A stretch of 53,494 bases of DNA, from contig NC_068981.1 of assembly GCF_001194135.2 (NCBI RefSeq), forward strand, positions 47,176,217-47,229,710. The letters run 5' to 3'. The translations under genes and the position numbers were made by a program. Shown piece by piece: positions 1-11,843 of this stretch. Below the pieces are notes generated by a model. It searched no databases and was not told the origin of the DNA. It saw nothing but the letters and a program-made list of their open reading frames with translations. Positions within the stretch are counted from its first letter, which is position 1. Every line of letters begins with the position of its first letter. Source of the stretch: Octopus bimaculoides. Lineage: Eukaryota.

Positions 1-483
1 ATATATATATATATACTTTTTCATTTTTCCCGTGCGTCAAACTAATGCAGTTGCTTGTTGATCATACACGTGATTTTGGTATTCATGTTGAGTCTGAGGC
101 CTAGCGGGAAGATGAACGGAGGCATAACTTCGCTATCACTACAAAGTCTATGTTGTTGACTGGATGTCTTATTTTTATTACTCTCGGCACATGTTTTGAG
201 GACACGGCAACCCAACTGTTGATGTACGTGTTTACTATCTGTTCATATAAGAAATACTGGCGCAAATGCCAAGCAGTACAGCATGCCGTTTCTAAACTTC
301 GGGCAGTGTGTATGGCGGCATGGTGCGGTTTTTCTCACAGATGGTTCCCAACTGACTCTACTATTCTTTTTTGTCGACAAAATGTAAAACAATCAATGCG
401 TATGCACGAAATTAAAAATACACATCGCGCCCACTATATCCATTAATATAAATATATATATATATATGCATACATAAGTAAAT

Positions 484-721
484 AAAAGGAACAAAAACGC
501 AAAGGTGGACAATAAAGCATTCGGACAGAGAGACAATACAAATGCGGACAGGAGAAACATTTAGAAGGACAGGCAAAAAAAAAAAAAAACCACGGGTCAT
601 TCGTGGCCTTCTTTCCTCAGTGATGTATACCAGAAGTCCTTACTGTGTCGGGCAGTTACACTTGAGGGAGTTCGATCTTGTTGCCCCCCGCCCCCCCAAA
701 GTCTAAGCTATGAACATTAGA
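484..721. repeat. Dispersed repeat, copy 1 of a ~235-bp direct repeat (copy 2 at 1256-1485)
   Basis: Colinear matches such as ggaacaaaaacgca..ggacaataaa.cattcg.acaga.agac.ataca, ttagaaggacaggcaaaaaa, cgtggccttcttt, cttgag..agttcgatct.gttgccccc and gcta.ga.cattag occur in both copies. Both left ends abut (TA)-rich microsatellite. Confidence 0.85.
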
Positions 722-1255
722 TTTTTTTTCAAGAAAGCTAGAGAAGGTGTGCGGCAACAAAGACAAAACACGGAGAACATGGTACACCATTTCAAATACA
801 AACAACAAGAATATAACAAGTGTCTTTCGACTGAGAACGAATCAAATTGAGCTGGCGAGTATGAAGTGAAAGCCTAAAGGCAGGAACATAGGAGATGGAC
901 ATAAGAGGTGTTGGCGGTCGGGAGTCAGGCCAAGAAAGAAAGATCATAGTTAGCCGGTCACCGGTCACGTGGAAGGAGGAGAGAGGGGTAGAAAGCAGCG
1001 GTAGTGAAGGATTAAAAAAACATCAGGAAAAGGGAAAGGTACAGGGAAGATAAACGAGGGGGGAAAGTGAGAGTTAAAGAAAGCGAGGGCCAAGAAATAT
1101 GAGAAAGAGAAGGGGCGCGAGAAACTGTAAAGGGGAAGAAAGTCTGAGGAAGACTAACTGATAGAGTAAGAGTCGTACAAAATTCAGATATACACCTACT
1201 ATAAGGTGAGCACAAGAGTGTACGTATGCTGCTATATGTATATATAAATATTAAA

Positions 1256-1485
1256 AAAATGGAACAAAAACGCACTAGAGGACAATAAAACATTCGAACA
1301 GAAAGACGATACAAAGGCAAACAGAAGAAACAACAATTAGAAGGACAGGCAAAAAAGACTAGTAGTCCGTGGCCTTCTTTCGTCAAGTCAATTATACCAG
1401 CAGACATCCTTGCTATCTCGTGTACTTATACTTGAGACAGTTCGATCTGGTTGCCCCCAAAAAAGCTTACGCTAAGAGCATTAGA
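1256..1485. repeat. Dispersed repeat, copy 2 (diverged paralog of 484-721)
   Basis: Same colinear blocks as 484-721 with many substitutions, so an old duplication or two insertions of one family. Confidence 0.85.
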
Positions 1486-1910
1486 CTGTTTGCATGTATT
1501 TATGATTATATCATTGTTTATGTTATGTAGCTTTAAATACTTCGAGTTCAACAGTTCAAACCAAGTATATATATACACTCAGATACACACAAACACGCAT
1601 TTATACAAAGCGTGCGTGTGCGCTGATAATGCAAGTTGTACAGTGCACTGCAACTGAAATTTGTATGAAGACTTTGCTTTCATTGTACTGCGATCTTCAG
1701 TTTAAAAGCACTGAATTGCTTCATTGTATCCGCATTCATGTTATTTCCTCTGTACACCATATCTTTATCCTTGCATTGTGATATTTGATAGCGCAATAAA
1801 AAAATATATTTCCAATTAAATTAATGTACAGTGATGAAGATTTTTGAGACAAGCGTGTGTAGTTTAAGCATTTATCCAGACATTTTATATCACACAAGGT
1901 GCCAAAAGTT

Positions 1911-1943
<33 letters not shown>

Positions 1944-2212
1944 TGGGCAAAGAAGAAAATGCATATGTATGTCGATTTCTATAAAGACATTATTATTTAG
2001 ATTTTTTTACGGGTAGCCAGGGACCATGAGATATTACACAAACTTTCCAGACTGAAGTTGAAGTGTGAAATTTAGGAAGCTTCAAACCTGAGAGGTGGTT
2101 CGAATATTTGCAGTAGGAAAAACGCCTCCAATTTCACCTAAGGACGACGTTGTATTGTTAAACCTAACCATCGATTTAAGTTGTTAACATGTATGTGAGT
2201 GTCTGAGTCTCC

Positions 2213-2251
<39 letters not shown>

Positions 2252-2320
2252 TGTGTGTGTGTGTATGTGTGTGTGTGTGCGTGTGTGTGTGTGTGTGTGT
2301 GCGTGTGCGTGTGTGTCTGT
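2213..2320. repeat. (TG)n microsatellite
   Basis: Directly visible; a (CA)n run also occurs at about 1915-1942. Confidence 0.95.
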
Positions 2321-3448
2321 ACATATGCTGCACAAAATGAAACTGCTGGTCTGCACAGTAACATATACGAGTAGAGTTTATTTTACACTATATTGCTTTA
2401 TGCTATGTTGTGGATACTTTGACAGGAGCATATGCAGGTAGCGTGAAATCAGTTTTTCTTTTCATTTTCCCGTGTTATTGTTACTATTCATCTTGAAAGC
2501 AAAATAATCGATCGAGTCTTCCTCATTCATCTTTGTGTAACTTCAACAATTTTTCTACTTATGTTCTGAATTTCTCCTTTGTATCTGCTTCTATTATATT
2601 TTCTCCGTAAACCCCGCCTATACTCCTGCTTTGTGATATTCGTCAGCGCACCGGATATATTTCCATTTGAACAAGGATTCATTCACAGATGTACAATGAT
2701 GTTGATTTCTGATACAAGCTTGTATAGTTAAATATTTCTCTTCACATACATTTTACAACACACAAAGAACCAAAAATAACAATAGCTACTGCTGAGCATT
2801 CGAGATATTATCAAATTTACACATAAAAGAATTTCATATTCTCATATTCCTACACACGTAATCTGTTATATTATTAAATTCAAACGTACACGAACATCTC
2901 TCAATTGATGCTTTACCGTACAAAACCTGTATATACAGTAAAACATGATCAGTCATATATGCGAGCATAATGCCAGATATTTTTATATCACCTGATATAA
3001 CGAATGTGTATCTCGACCCAAAGAGGAAATATTTATAGAATCAAGCGATACGTTGGAAATAGTATCCAATCTCACTTGATATATCTTCTATTTCGTTGAT
3101 GTTTCTCCGCTCCTGTCTTTCACTAAGAACCTTGGCATATTCCTCATATTAACGAAAGATATAAACAAGGAAAAATTCTTCTGGAACATTCTCCAATATA
3201 CTGTTTCGTGCTTCTCACTTTTATTACGTATAATGCAATTCATAAGCGGCAGAATGCATAATGGTAAAAGTGAACTACATTCCCCATCTAATCTATGCGG
3301 AATACAGAGCCAGATGTAGCTCTCACGCGGATGGCTGCAGTCAAATAAACCAAACAAGTAAAAGATCTTCAAACATGGTATATATATATATATATATNNN
3401 NNNNNNNNNNNNNNNNNNNNNNNNNNNNNNNNNNNNNNNATATGTATG

Positions 3449-3565
3449 TATTGGGTTGTCCGGAAAGTTCGTGCCGATTTATAGTAGCTTACCTTTCGAC
3501 TTATTTTCCCTGAAAGCACCTCAATTCTGGGAAGAGGGGATTTTTAAGTTAAAGAAAAGATGGAG
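3449..3565 (+). mobile_element. Internally deleted mariner relic (TIR plus 3' transposase remnant)
   Basis: TA+TTGGGTTGTCCGGAAAGTTCGTGCCGATTT is a mariner-type TIR. It is followed after ~40 bp by aattctgggaagaggggatttttaagttaaagaaaagatgg = FWEEGIFKLKKRW, matching the mariner C-terminal FxxxGIxKLxxRW motif. Confidence 0.6.
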
Positions 3566-5840
3566 AGATAGGTGCTGTTCTGGATATTGGATTTATGCTT
3601 CAAATGCGTATACATGCAAAATTGACCTTTATGTACACATTCTATGGGCGACCGATAATTGATAAAATTAGATTGGCATGGTCATTTATAAGTAAATATA
3701 CATAATAAAGTTATTCGCATCTTATCATTTAAGATGCTGGATCTGTTTAGGAAGCTGAGCGTACTTAATGTAAACAAAAACAGGAAAGTCATTGAAGATG
3801 AAGTAAATTATTCGATTAAACAAACGAAAATTGAGGGCTTAATGCATATAAAAATAAATAAGATAAAAAGTATAAAAAAGTATAATATATATCAATTCAG
3901 TGGGGAACAGATAGTTGGAGATATAAAGAATAAACCAAAGTGAAATTTTGGACAACAGCTACTGTCAAATAGGATTAAAGTGTGGAATGGGCTTTAAAGG
4001 CATTCTGTCTCAATAAACTATTTTGAAATCAACACGCCTAGCGACGTACTGATACGTATAATCATTAAGATACTAAAAGGTATGGAAAAAGCTTTTTAAA
4101 TAGACCAACCACAGCCACATACATAGCACCCAGACAAACATTAATACACAAATACACACGAACACGCACATAAGCACACACACATACATACATTACTGTA
4201 TAGGTACACTCTCTTTGAAAGATACATGTATAGATATATTCAGCCATAATAAAACGGATTTTAGTGGTAAAAAATATTCATCTCTCATACTTCCTGACAT
4301 TTTATTGTCTACGCATCTACATGCATACACGTATGTGTGTGTATGCGTATGTATGTAGCAAATTTTTTTCTCATAGTACTGAGCTGCATAATTATTTTAA
4401 TAACATGATTCAAATACTTGATATAACAACTATTGTTTAATTCGTTTTCATTACATCTTACGAACCTCAAATGAATACTTCATGAAAATTGATGCATTAA
4501 TGCAGGAAAGCTTGAATTCTAAATAATTTTTAAAAATTAGTGCGGCATGTTTATATTTACATTTTAAAATTATTCATTAATTGCACTCACGTTAATGCAT
4601 CTATATATATCTTTATACACAAACGTTGAACAATTAACTGAAGTACGTATTTGAGCATGCAATACATCATTTTTACCTATGTATTCTAGCATGCAATATG
4701 AATTAATTTAAGAAAATAAAACAATATTACTAAGCTGTTTTAAGTCAAGCTCTCTTGAAACGCAGTGTTAATATGCGTAAGATTTATTTACAATTTTCAA
4801 ATTTTGAAGTTGTGAACTTTACATTGTCTTATTTTTTTTTTTTTACATTTGACAGCAAGTTTATCATTGTAGTATTATCCTTTGTAACCAGATTTAACAA
4901 TCTTAACTTCAAAGATAGCAACAATGTGTAATCCGCATACATTTTATGGGATCACAACTGTAAAACGCTTATTTATGTCATTAAGCGCCATGACTATTTA
5001 ATATGTTTCTAAAATCAAGTGACTTTATATATTTAAGGCTTTAGATTTATGTTGTATTGCGCGTAAGCATAGGCAAGTAAAAGAAAGAAAAAAGAATTCT
5101 AATGTACATTAAAGGAGATNNNNNNNNNNNNNNNNNNNNNNNNNNNNNNNNNNNNNNNNNNNNNNNNNNNNNNNNNNNNNNNNNNNNNNNNNNNNNNNNN
5201 NNNNNNNNNNNNNNNNNNNNNNNNNNNNNNNNNNNNNNNNNNNNNNNNNNNNNNNNNNNNNNNNNNNNNNNNNNNNNNNNNNNNNNNNNNNNNNNNNNNN
5301 NNNNNNNNNNNNNNNNNNNNNNNNNNNNNNNNNNNNNNNNNNNNNNNNNNNNNNNNNNNNNNNNNNNNNNNNNNNNNNNNNNNNNNNNNNNNNNNNNNNN
5401 NNNNNNNNNNNNNNNNNNNNNNNNNNNNNNNNNNNNNNNNNNNNNNNNNNNNNNNNNNNNNNNNNNNNNNNNNNNNNNNNNNNNNNNNNNNNNNNNNNNN
5501 NNNNNNNNNNNNNNNNNNNNNNNNNNNNNNNNNNNNNNNNNNNNNNNNNNNNNNNNNNNNNNNNNNNNNNNNNNNNNNNNNNNNNNNNNNNNNNNNNNNN
5601 NNNNNNNNNNNNNNNNNNNNNNNNNNNNNNNNNNNNNNNNNNNNNNNNNNNNNNNNNNNNNNNNNNNNNNNNNNNNNNNNNNNNNNNNNNNNNNNNNNNN
5701 NNNNNNNNNNNNNNNNNNNNNNNNNNNNNNNNNNNNNNNNNNNNNNNNNNNNNNNNNNNNNNNNNNNNNNNNNNNNNNNNNNNNNNNNNNNNNNNNNNNN
5801 NNNNNNNNNNNNNNNNNNNNNNNNNNATATATATATATAT

Positions 5841-6494
5841 AAATGAAACATTTGAGCACTGCGATTTGAAATCAGATGTTACTACTGTTCATATCATCTA
5901 TGGATAAATTTTAAAATTAATGATATCACTAGCAGTGATATAGGTGGACCACAGGTGTAATAGCATTAAATAGCTATGAATCATAAATTTGCACAAAGCG
6001 TAATGATGCTTAACAACCACCTACCTGCTAGAAATAAAAGCTAAAGTCTTAAATTAATCCACCGTAGCGCACCAACATAACAGAGAAAAACAGTATGCGA
6101 GGAAAACAGAAAAAAATTAAAACATTTAACAGCACAAATAAAAATATTATGCAATTAGGGTTATCCACAAACCAGGTTTCGGCTTTTGGGTATTTAAACC
6201 CTGAGCCTCGTCATTATGGCCTACCGGTTAATAATCCATTACTGTCACGTTAAACTCTGACTGTGCAACTGGTTTTGTTTTGCGCCAAAAACAGAGCACA
6301 TGGTGCATAAACATTTATAAATGAAACATTATTTCGCTTTGTGCAAATTTATAATTCATAGCTATTTAATGCTATTACACCTGTGATCCACATATGTCAT
6401 TGCTGGTGATATCATCAATTTTAAAATTTATCCACAGATGATATGAATAGTAGTAACATCTGATTTCAAATCTCAGTGTTTGAATGTTTCCTTT
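5841..6494. mobile_element. Foldback/MITE-like element: ~170-bp terminal inverted repeats, 312-bp spacer, flanked by (TA)n on both sides
   Basis: 5841-6000 versus reverse complement of 6335-6494 has 14 mismatches in 160 nt (hand count, ~91%) and no indels. Weaker pairing extends to 6011/6324. atatatat runs lie immediately outside both arms. Confidence 0.9.
6165..6219 (-). ncRNA. Minimal type I hammerhead ribozyme motif (C3>A variant, probably inactive copy)
   Basis: Minus strand reads CCAUA-aUGACGA-GGCU(cagggu uuaaau accc aaa)AGCC-GAAAC-CUG-GU-U-UGUGG. Stem I is CCAUA/UGUGG (5 bp), stem II is GGCU/AGCC plus GGGU/ACCC, stem III is minimal ACC/GGU, the cleavage triplet is GUU, and the core differs from CUGANGA only at C3. 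Confidence 0.7.
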
Positions 6495-6608
6495 ATATGT
6501 ATATATATATATAAACTAATATTTTCACCATTAATTCGGATCATCGACTGGATATTCTATAAAGAATATTATAATATTTGTGTACATAATTTACATTGGT
6601 CAGACTGG

Positions 6609-6690
6609 TGTCCTCATCTTGATTGTTTCTTTCACAACTTTTCGTTTGTTGTACAGCTCCAGCCTTCTTTAGGTTTCTTGTGTCGAACTC
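6609..6690 (-). ncRNA. Strongly decayed HHR-bearing PLE pseudo-LTR (same family as 35667-35935)
   Basis: tgtcctcatcttg.ttgtt...cacaac.tttcg.....tac..ctccagccttc.t.aggt.tcttg...tcgaac aligns by eye to 35690-35770 and 35822-35905. Minus strand has CUAAAGA-aggcug...GAAA with a decayed core and stem II. Confidence 0.5.
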
Positions 6691-6964
6691 GGTTTTTATA
6701 TTGTAATTTCGGATCTAACACATTATTTGATTGACGAGGGTACGCTGTTCTTATTCCGTTCAATGCATTTTAGACATTTTTTGATTAAGTTGATTTTTGT
6801 GAATTCGGCATAGTGTATTGCTTGACGATTGAGCTCAAAGACTTGTAGATGACCACCTGATATCAACCAACGTCTTATCCATTACACTATACCCGTAAGC
6901 AATGACTTAGTGAATTTCTAAGCATTATAAGCCCAATACCTATGTAATCTATTATTATTATATT

Positions 6965-7195
6965 ATTATAGTGGAAATTAGCCCTAACTTCTTTACTGCG
7001 TCCCATATTGCATTCATCCCTGCATTCGGCCTCCTTACAAGGTTCTTATCTTTTAGCATATGCGCTGCTTCCTTAAATCTTCTAATTTTCCGATGGTGCT
7101 CTCTAACTATTAATTGGCATCATCTCTCAAGTGTTGATAATATCCATTTTGTCTCCATACGTGATCGGCTATACTTGACATTTCAATATCAGGAA
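6965..7195 (-). mobile_element. Penelope-like element (Poseidon-like) GIY-YIG endonuclease C-terminal relic
   Basis: Minus-strand translation DHVW...HHRKIRRFKEAAHMLKDKNLVRRPNAGMNAIWDAVKK is homologous to DQVW...HHWKIQKLKEAAYMLGNNNLPSRPSADMYSIWEPVLR at 36806-37027. Confidence 0.75.
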
Positions 7196-7259
7196 ATTAC
7201 TCAGGATAGTATTCAGGAGAGTATTCAAGAATAATTGAACACTTCACAGATATCTCATC

Positions 7260-7600
7260 CGAGTGAAGCACCCCATGGAAAAGAATATGACAAAGATTGT
7301 GTGTACTCCATTCTATGCATCTGCTATAAAGTATACAAAGGAGAGACATTCCGCCTCTTTAAAGTAAGAGTAAATGAACATTGGATGGCTGTGACATGAG
7401 GGTATTTTGAATACTCGGGTAGATTCGATCACGTATGTAGAGAAAACGTGGTACACCAACCCCTGTGACACGAGTTCAAAATAATAGACAGCATCACTGG
7501 AAATTTAGGAAGCTCAATGAAGCGACGCATAAGGCCTAAATAGGACATGTGCAGAAATGAATACAATATGGGAACCAGTACTTAAGAAAAAGGCAGATTT
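7260..7600 (+). mobile_element. Penelope-like element (Poseidon-like) GIY-YIG endonuclease pseudogene fragment
   Basis: Translation CVYSILCICYKVYKGETFRLFKVRVNEH...SGRFDHV...KIID..HHWKFRKLNEA...MNTIWEPVLKK, with stops and frameshifts, matches the PLE EN motif VYxIxCxCxxxYxGETxRxLxxRxxEH. Confidence 0.8.
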
Positions 7601-7644
7601 CTAGAATAATGATAATAAAAAAGGATACGTAGACATTATGTTTA

Positions 7645-7715
7645 TAAGCTACGGTCATAGCACAGTGGATAAATGCATGGTCAGTCACCTAGATGTTCTG
7701 AGTTCAATCTCAAAA
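7645..7715 (+). mobile_element. Possible tRNA-derived SINE head
   Basis: A-box-like TAGCACAGTGG at ~7655 and degenerate B-box GAGTTCAATCT at ~7698, with tRNA-like spacing. Confidence 0.35.
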
Positions 7716-8499
7716 CAAGGCAGCAAGATGAATCCACAAATTTTACTGAAGCGAGAAACGTCACGAAACGCACAGAGTAGAATGAAAACAAGTTTCAAAG
7801 AAGACTAATCATACATCCATGATTACTCCAAACGTGTTTGTCGTCAGAAACTCAGCTCTTACATTATTGTAGCCTTAAGTGGAAGGTTGCGAAAAATAGA
7901 ACAGAACAAAAGCAATAACTTAATTATCAATTAATCCTACGCAAGCTAAACGGGTAATCAGCAAAACCTGCGGATTAGAAACACTAAGATGGCATCTCGA
8001 TGAGAATAATTTCATTAGTTGGTGAGTATAAGCAATCTACTCAGTGCATTCACGGGAAAAGCTTAACATTGGTAATGGATCTTCATTAGACATGTATTCA
8101 ATGCGATTACAGAAAGAAGAACAAGCTTATCGTGATTTTCCGCGTGGTATGCTGCATATATTTGTTAATAATTTTTGAGTGGAGTTATAAATGTTTGAAT
8201 TCCAGTATGGAAAGCTTTTAACGTACATGGTAAAACATTTCTTGCTACATCTGAAATAAATCTACTAGTACAGAGAAACTTGAGCTATTGGACGAAATAC
8301 GTGTATCGGTATGTAAGAGTCTTGATTTAGAACATAAATGGTGCTACTTCTGATATCGGAATATCGATGTTTCCCAAGATTAAAAAAATATCAATAAATA
8401 CAACAAATATCTGCAATAGTAAAAGGCTAAAACTCGTTACGAAACTAGTGTTAGACATAAGCGAAGCAAGGAAGACACCAAAATGTCAGTTGACTTAGA

Positions 8500-9800
8500 A
8501 ATAAGGACTCTGGCATTGGTAAATTGACATACAAGAAAAAGAAACCATCGTGCTTTGCAAAAGATAAGTATGTTTGACATCAGCGAGCATAAACGTATTG
8601 GTTAGTTTCGTAAGACGATGAAAAGTAATAGAATTTGATATATGGAAGTCGATATCTTCGCAGTAGAAACCGTGGAGGACTATACATCAGTCAGAAGAAT
8701 TTGAAGACAGAAAATACAGATATAGAAGATAGTGTCAACAAATAATCATGATGGTAAAACGTGTACGTTAGATCGCTATGGATATACATATTGAATTTGT
8801 CCTCAGAGAGAGCAAAACTAGTGAAGATTTGCTATGTGAAATGAATGAAGTGTGACGGCAATTTTAGAAGGGATTTGTGAATTTATAATGTGGACAAACA
8901 TTTGGAGGCGTTTAATATGCACTAATTTGGAAGGGGAGTATTGAGAAGTCAATATGGAACACCGAGTACCACAAAATGTCCCCAAACAGATGGCACAACT
9001 GGATATTAATTAGGAAAGAAGCTTGGAATAAAACGAGAAAAGAGCGGAGACGAAACTGACTCTGTCTAAATAATAAAAATGGTTAGATGTTGATACCAAT
9101 AAACTCTGTAGGATCTTTAGTAGCATAAATCCTGATGCATTGAGCAATTAAGGTACAACAGCAAGGGAAAGAAGAGAAGAGTCGACAGCGTCAATGAATT
9201 AAAACCTAAGGGCTTCAAGATGGCAATGAAGGAAATTCACCAAAATATTTCTACTAAGACAAATTACGGTTGACGACGCATTTTTGGAAGGAAAATTCTA
9301 TTTGAAGTAAACCGTCCAATTATATCTAAAAATAGTGCAATTCTTCAACAAATTAACTAGACTTTATAAAGTGTAATATCCATCAGACTGTTTATATCTG
9401 TATTGATATTTAGGATGTCCAGCACAAGCAGAGTTCTCATACCTGTTAAAAGGAAGAAACCGGGATGACAAGGGATACAATATAACCAAATCATGTGGAA
9501 AAAATGTAACCAAAATTTCAGAGTAAATGATTTGTGGAACAATTACCAAATTATTTGTTTCAATCTACTCTGAAAGCTTTTAACTGTAATAGTCGCTGGG
9601 CAGACATAAGTAACGACTTCCAAATGAAGTGTTGCCAGCGTAGCTAAAGATATACTGACAACTGCCATACAGAAAGAAATATCAATTCGCTCAAACTTAT
9701 GTATTCAGTCATTCAAGTAGTCAGTACCTAATAACGGCAATTATAAAACGGACATCGCAACATAGCATTCTGGAATCAAACTGCGAACATGACCATGCTG
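8500..9800 (+). mobile_element. Possible very old RTE-type LINE relic
   Basis: Only scattered motifs: PNRWHNWILIRK (~8980-9015, like the APE WHxLDYIL motif) and cgctgggcagacat (~9594, like RTE RWAGH). No continuous frame. Confidence 0.25.
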
Positions 9801-10099
9801 CATAGATTTGCTCTAAGCAAATCTATTACAAATCTTATGTACTCTATTGACGGGGCCTCAACAGGGCCACAATCTTTGGGCTGAAACGCATAAAAAGAAT
9901 GAAAGAATTACTTGTATCATCATCATACACAAAATGTACTCTATAAGTTACTCAAAACGCCAAAATATTTTAAAAGATATCAAAAGCGAAACGATAAATA
10001 TAAAGCATTTTTATAATCGACATTCCAACAATTATTGAAACAAAATCCATGCAATATTATCCGCAATAGTGGCTTCGTCGCTAGAGGCGCTGTCTTCCT

Positions 10100-10396
10100 C
10101 ACTCTCTCTCTCTCTCTATCTCTCTCTCGCTCTCTCTCTCTCTCTNNNNNNNNNNNNNNNNNNNNNNNNNNNNNNNNNNNNNNNNNNNNNNNNNNNNNNN
10201 NNNNNNNNNNNNNNNNNNNNNNNNNNNNNNNNNNNNNNNNNNNNNNNNNNNNNNNNNNNNNNNNNNNNNNNNNNNNNNNTCGTGCTCTCTCTCTCGTGCT
10301 CTCTCACTCTCTCTCGTGCTCTCTCTCTCTCTCTCGTGCTCTCTCTCTCGTGCAGTCTCTCTTTCTCCCTCTATCGTGCTGTCTCTCTATCTCTCA

Positions 10397-10437
<41 letters not shown>

Positions 10438-10460
10438 CACACACACACATACAACCATAC
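10100..10460. repeat. (CT)n / (TCGTGCTCTCTC)-type compound microsatellite spanning a gap, followed by (CA)n/(TA)n
   Basis: Directly visible. Confidence 0.9.
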
Positions 10461-10479
10461 ATACATATATATATAGAGG

Positions 10480-11843
10480 ACTCCCTTCTTGTTTCATTCA
10501 AGGTAATAAACTTCCACACCTCTATTCCTCACTAATACAGAATAGAAGCGATACAATTCTGATTGGAAACATTCCCAAATGACATTCTCGACCGAATCGG
10601 AAGTGGATTCCTCATTGAGAGATTAAAATTTATCCCAGAGAATAAATTCTTCACCATCAATAAGAACACCTACAGACAATCTGATAGTGAAATGGGAACG
10701 AGTGTAGCTAACCTTGTTGTGGCATACTTGGAAGTCCAAATATACGAACACGCTAGATTGAAATTAGGAGACAACTACCCAAACTACTTACTGGCCAACT
10801 GGAAACGCTATCTAGGTGTTTGTCTCATTCGTAAGGATTTAAAAACTTGATTAATAACAGTAACCACATAATTCAATTTACAATGGAATATAGTCACAAA
10901 CAGCTACACTTTCTAAACATTTTAAACTTAAAAAGAGATATTCTCATTGAAAATGACATGCAATTTAACCAACTGAGTCAACAAATGTCTTCTATTCTCT
11001 TCCTGGCCCACTATGCATACTAAAATCAACACAAACTTTAACTTAGCTAGAAAAATATCACGATCGCTTTAAATCTCGAAACCAGAGATAAACGACTCCA
11101 AGAATCTTATTATATATTACTAGAAAGAAAATACCTGGTTAGCTTTATCAAATAACTGAATAGAACGTGCAAAAACGATAGATATCGAAGAATTATGAAA
11201 AACAAGAAAACACCATGACACACTTAAAACATTGTCTCACGTATTAACACACAATCTAAGGAACATGGACATATACAATATATGCCGTCAGAATATACTA
11301 CTCCTTGTGAATGTCCTGAGAGTGAAAGAAGAGTGTTTGAAGCACATCAAATTATTAAAAGTAAAGGACAACCCAAATCCCTAGCACGTTTACTAACCAG
11401 CGCCAAATTACCCACCAAAATACGACCCCACCAGTCATGAAATGTAAACATCCGAAGTGCGGGACCTGCATCAAACTTATGGAAGGTTGAACATATAAAT
11501 TCAAGACAGGTCAAATATTCACCATTAATAAAATCACCTCACCTGTCCATCGAAGAGCTTAATTTATGTCCTCAAATGCAATGGGTCTGGTGGGGACTAC
11601 ATAGGTCAAACTAGCTTGACCTTGAAGGATGGACTGACGTTACACGGGCAACCGATCAGGGACCCCACGACCAGGAAAAATCCCATAAGCAGAGACTTAG
11701 ATCAATGCTTCGCAGAAGTAGATCCGAAATACCAATTTTTCATCCCCTGTCAGTGCACTGGAAAAGGTTCAACCCAATTCCGATTGAATAAAGGAAGTAT
11801 GCTCATTGAAAAATACAAACCGTCATTAGATATAAGACACTAG
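10480..11843 (+). mobile_element. 5'-truncated Penelope-like element, Neptune-like (RT plus Cys linker plus GIY-YIG), pseudogenised
   Basis: RT motifs are LLVSFKVINFHTSIPH, YRQSDSEMGTS-ANLVVAYLE, WKRYLG (WKRYLDD-like) and QLHFLNIL. The linker has RVFEAHQIIKSKGQPKSL and KCKHPKCGTC (Neptune-type Cys motif). The EN has SKSLIYVLKCNGSGGDYIGQTSLTLK and ends LIEKYKPSLDIRH*. Confidence 0.9.

Noticed and set aside
1620-1745. CTGATAA...AGTTG/CAACT hairpin...GAAAT on the plus strand and CTGAAGA...GAAA on the minus strand
   Set aside because: The core or stems need several mismatches and no stem I forms, so this is not distinguishable from chance.
5047-5859. Long ORFs in the track spanning N runs (also 20855-21415, 26824-27412, 28157-29260, 43778-44254, 44630-45238)
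   Set aside because: They are open only because N codons contain no stops.
7740-7785. ttttaCTGAAGcgagaaacgtcacGAAACgcacagagtagaa, hammerhead-like
   Set aside because: The core is not CUGANGA, stem II is weak and there is no NUH site.
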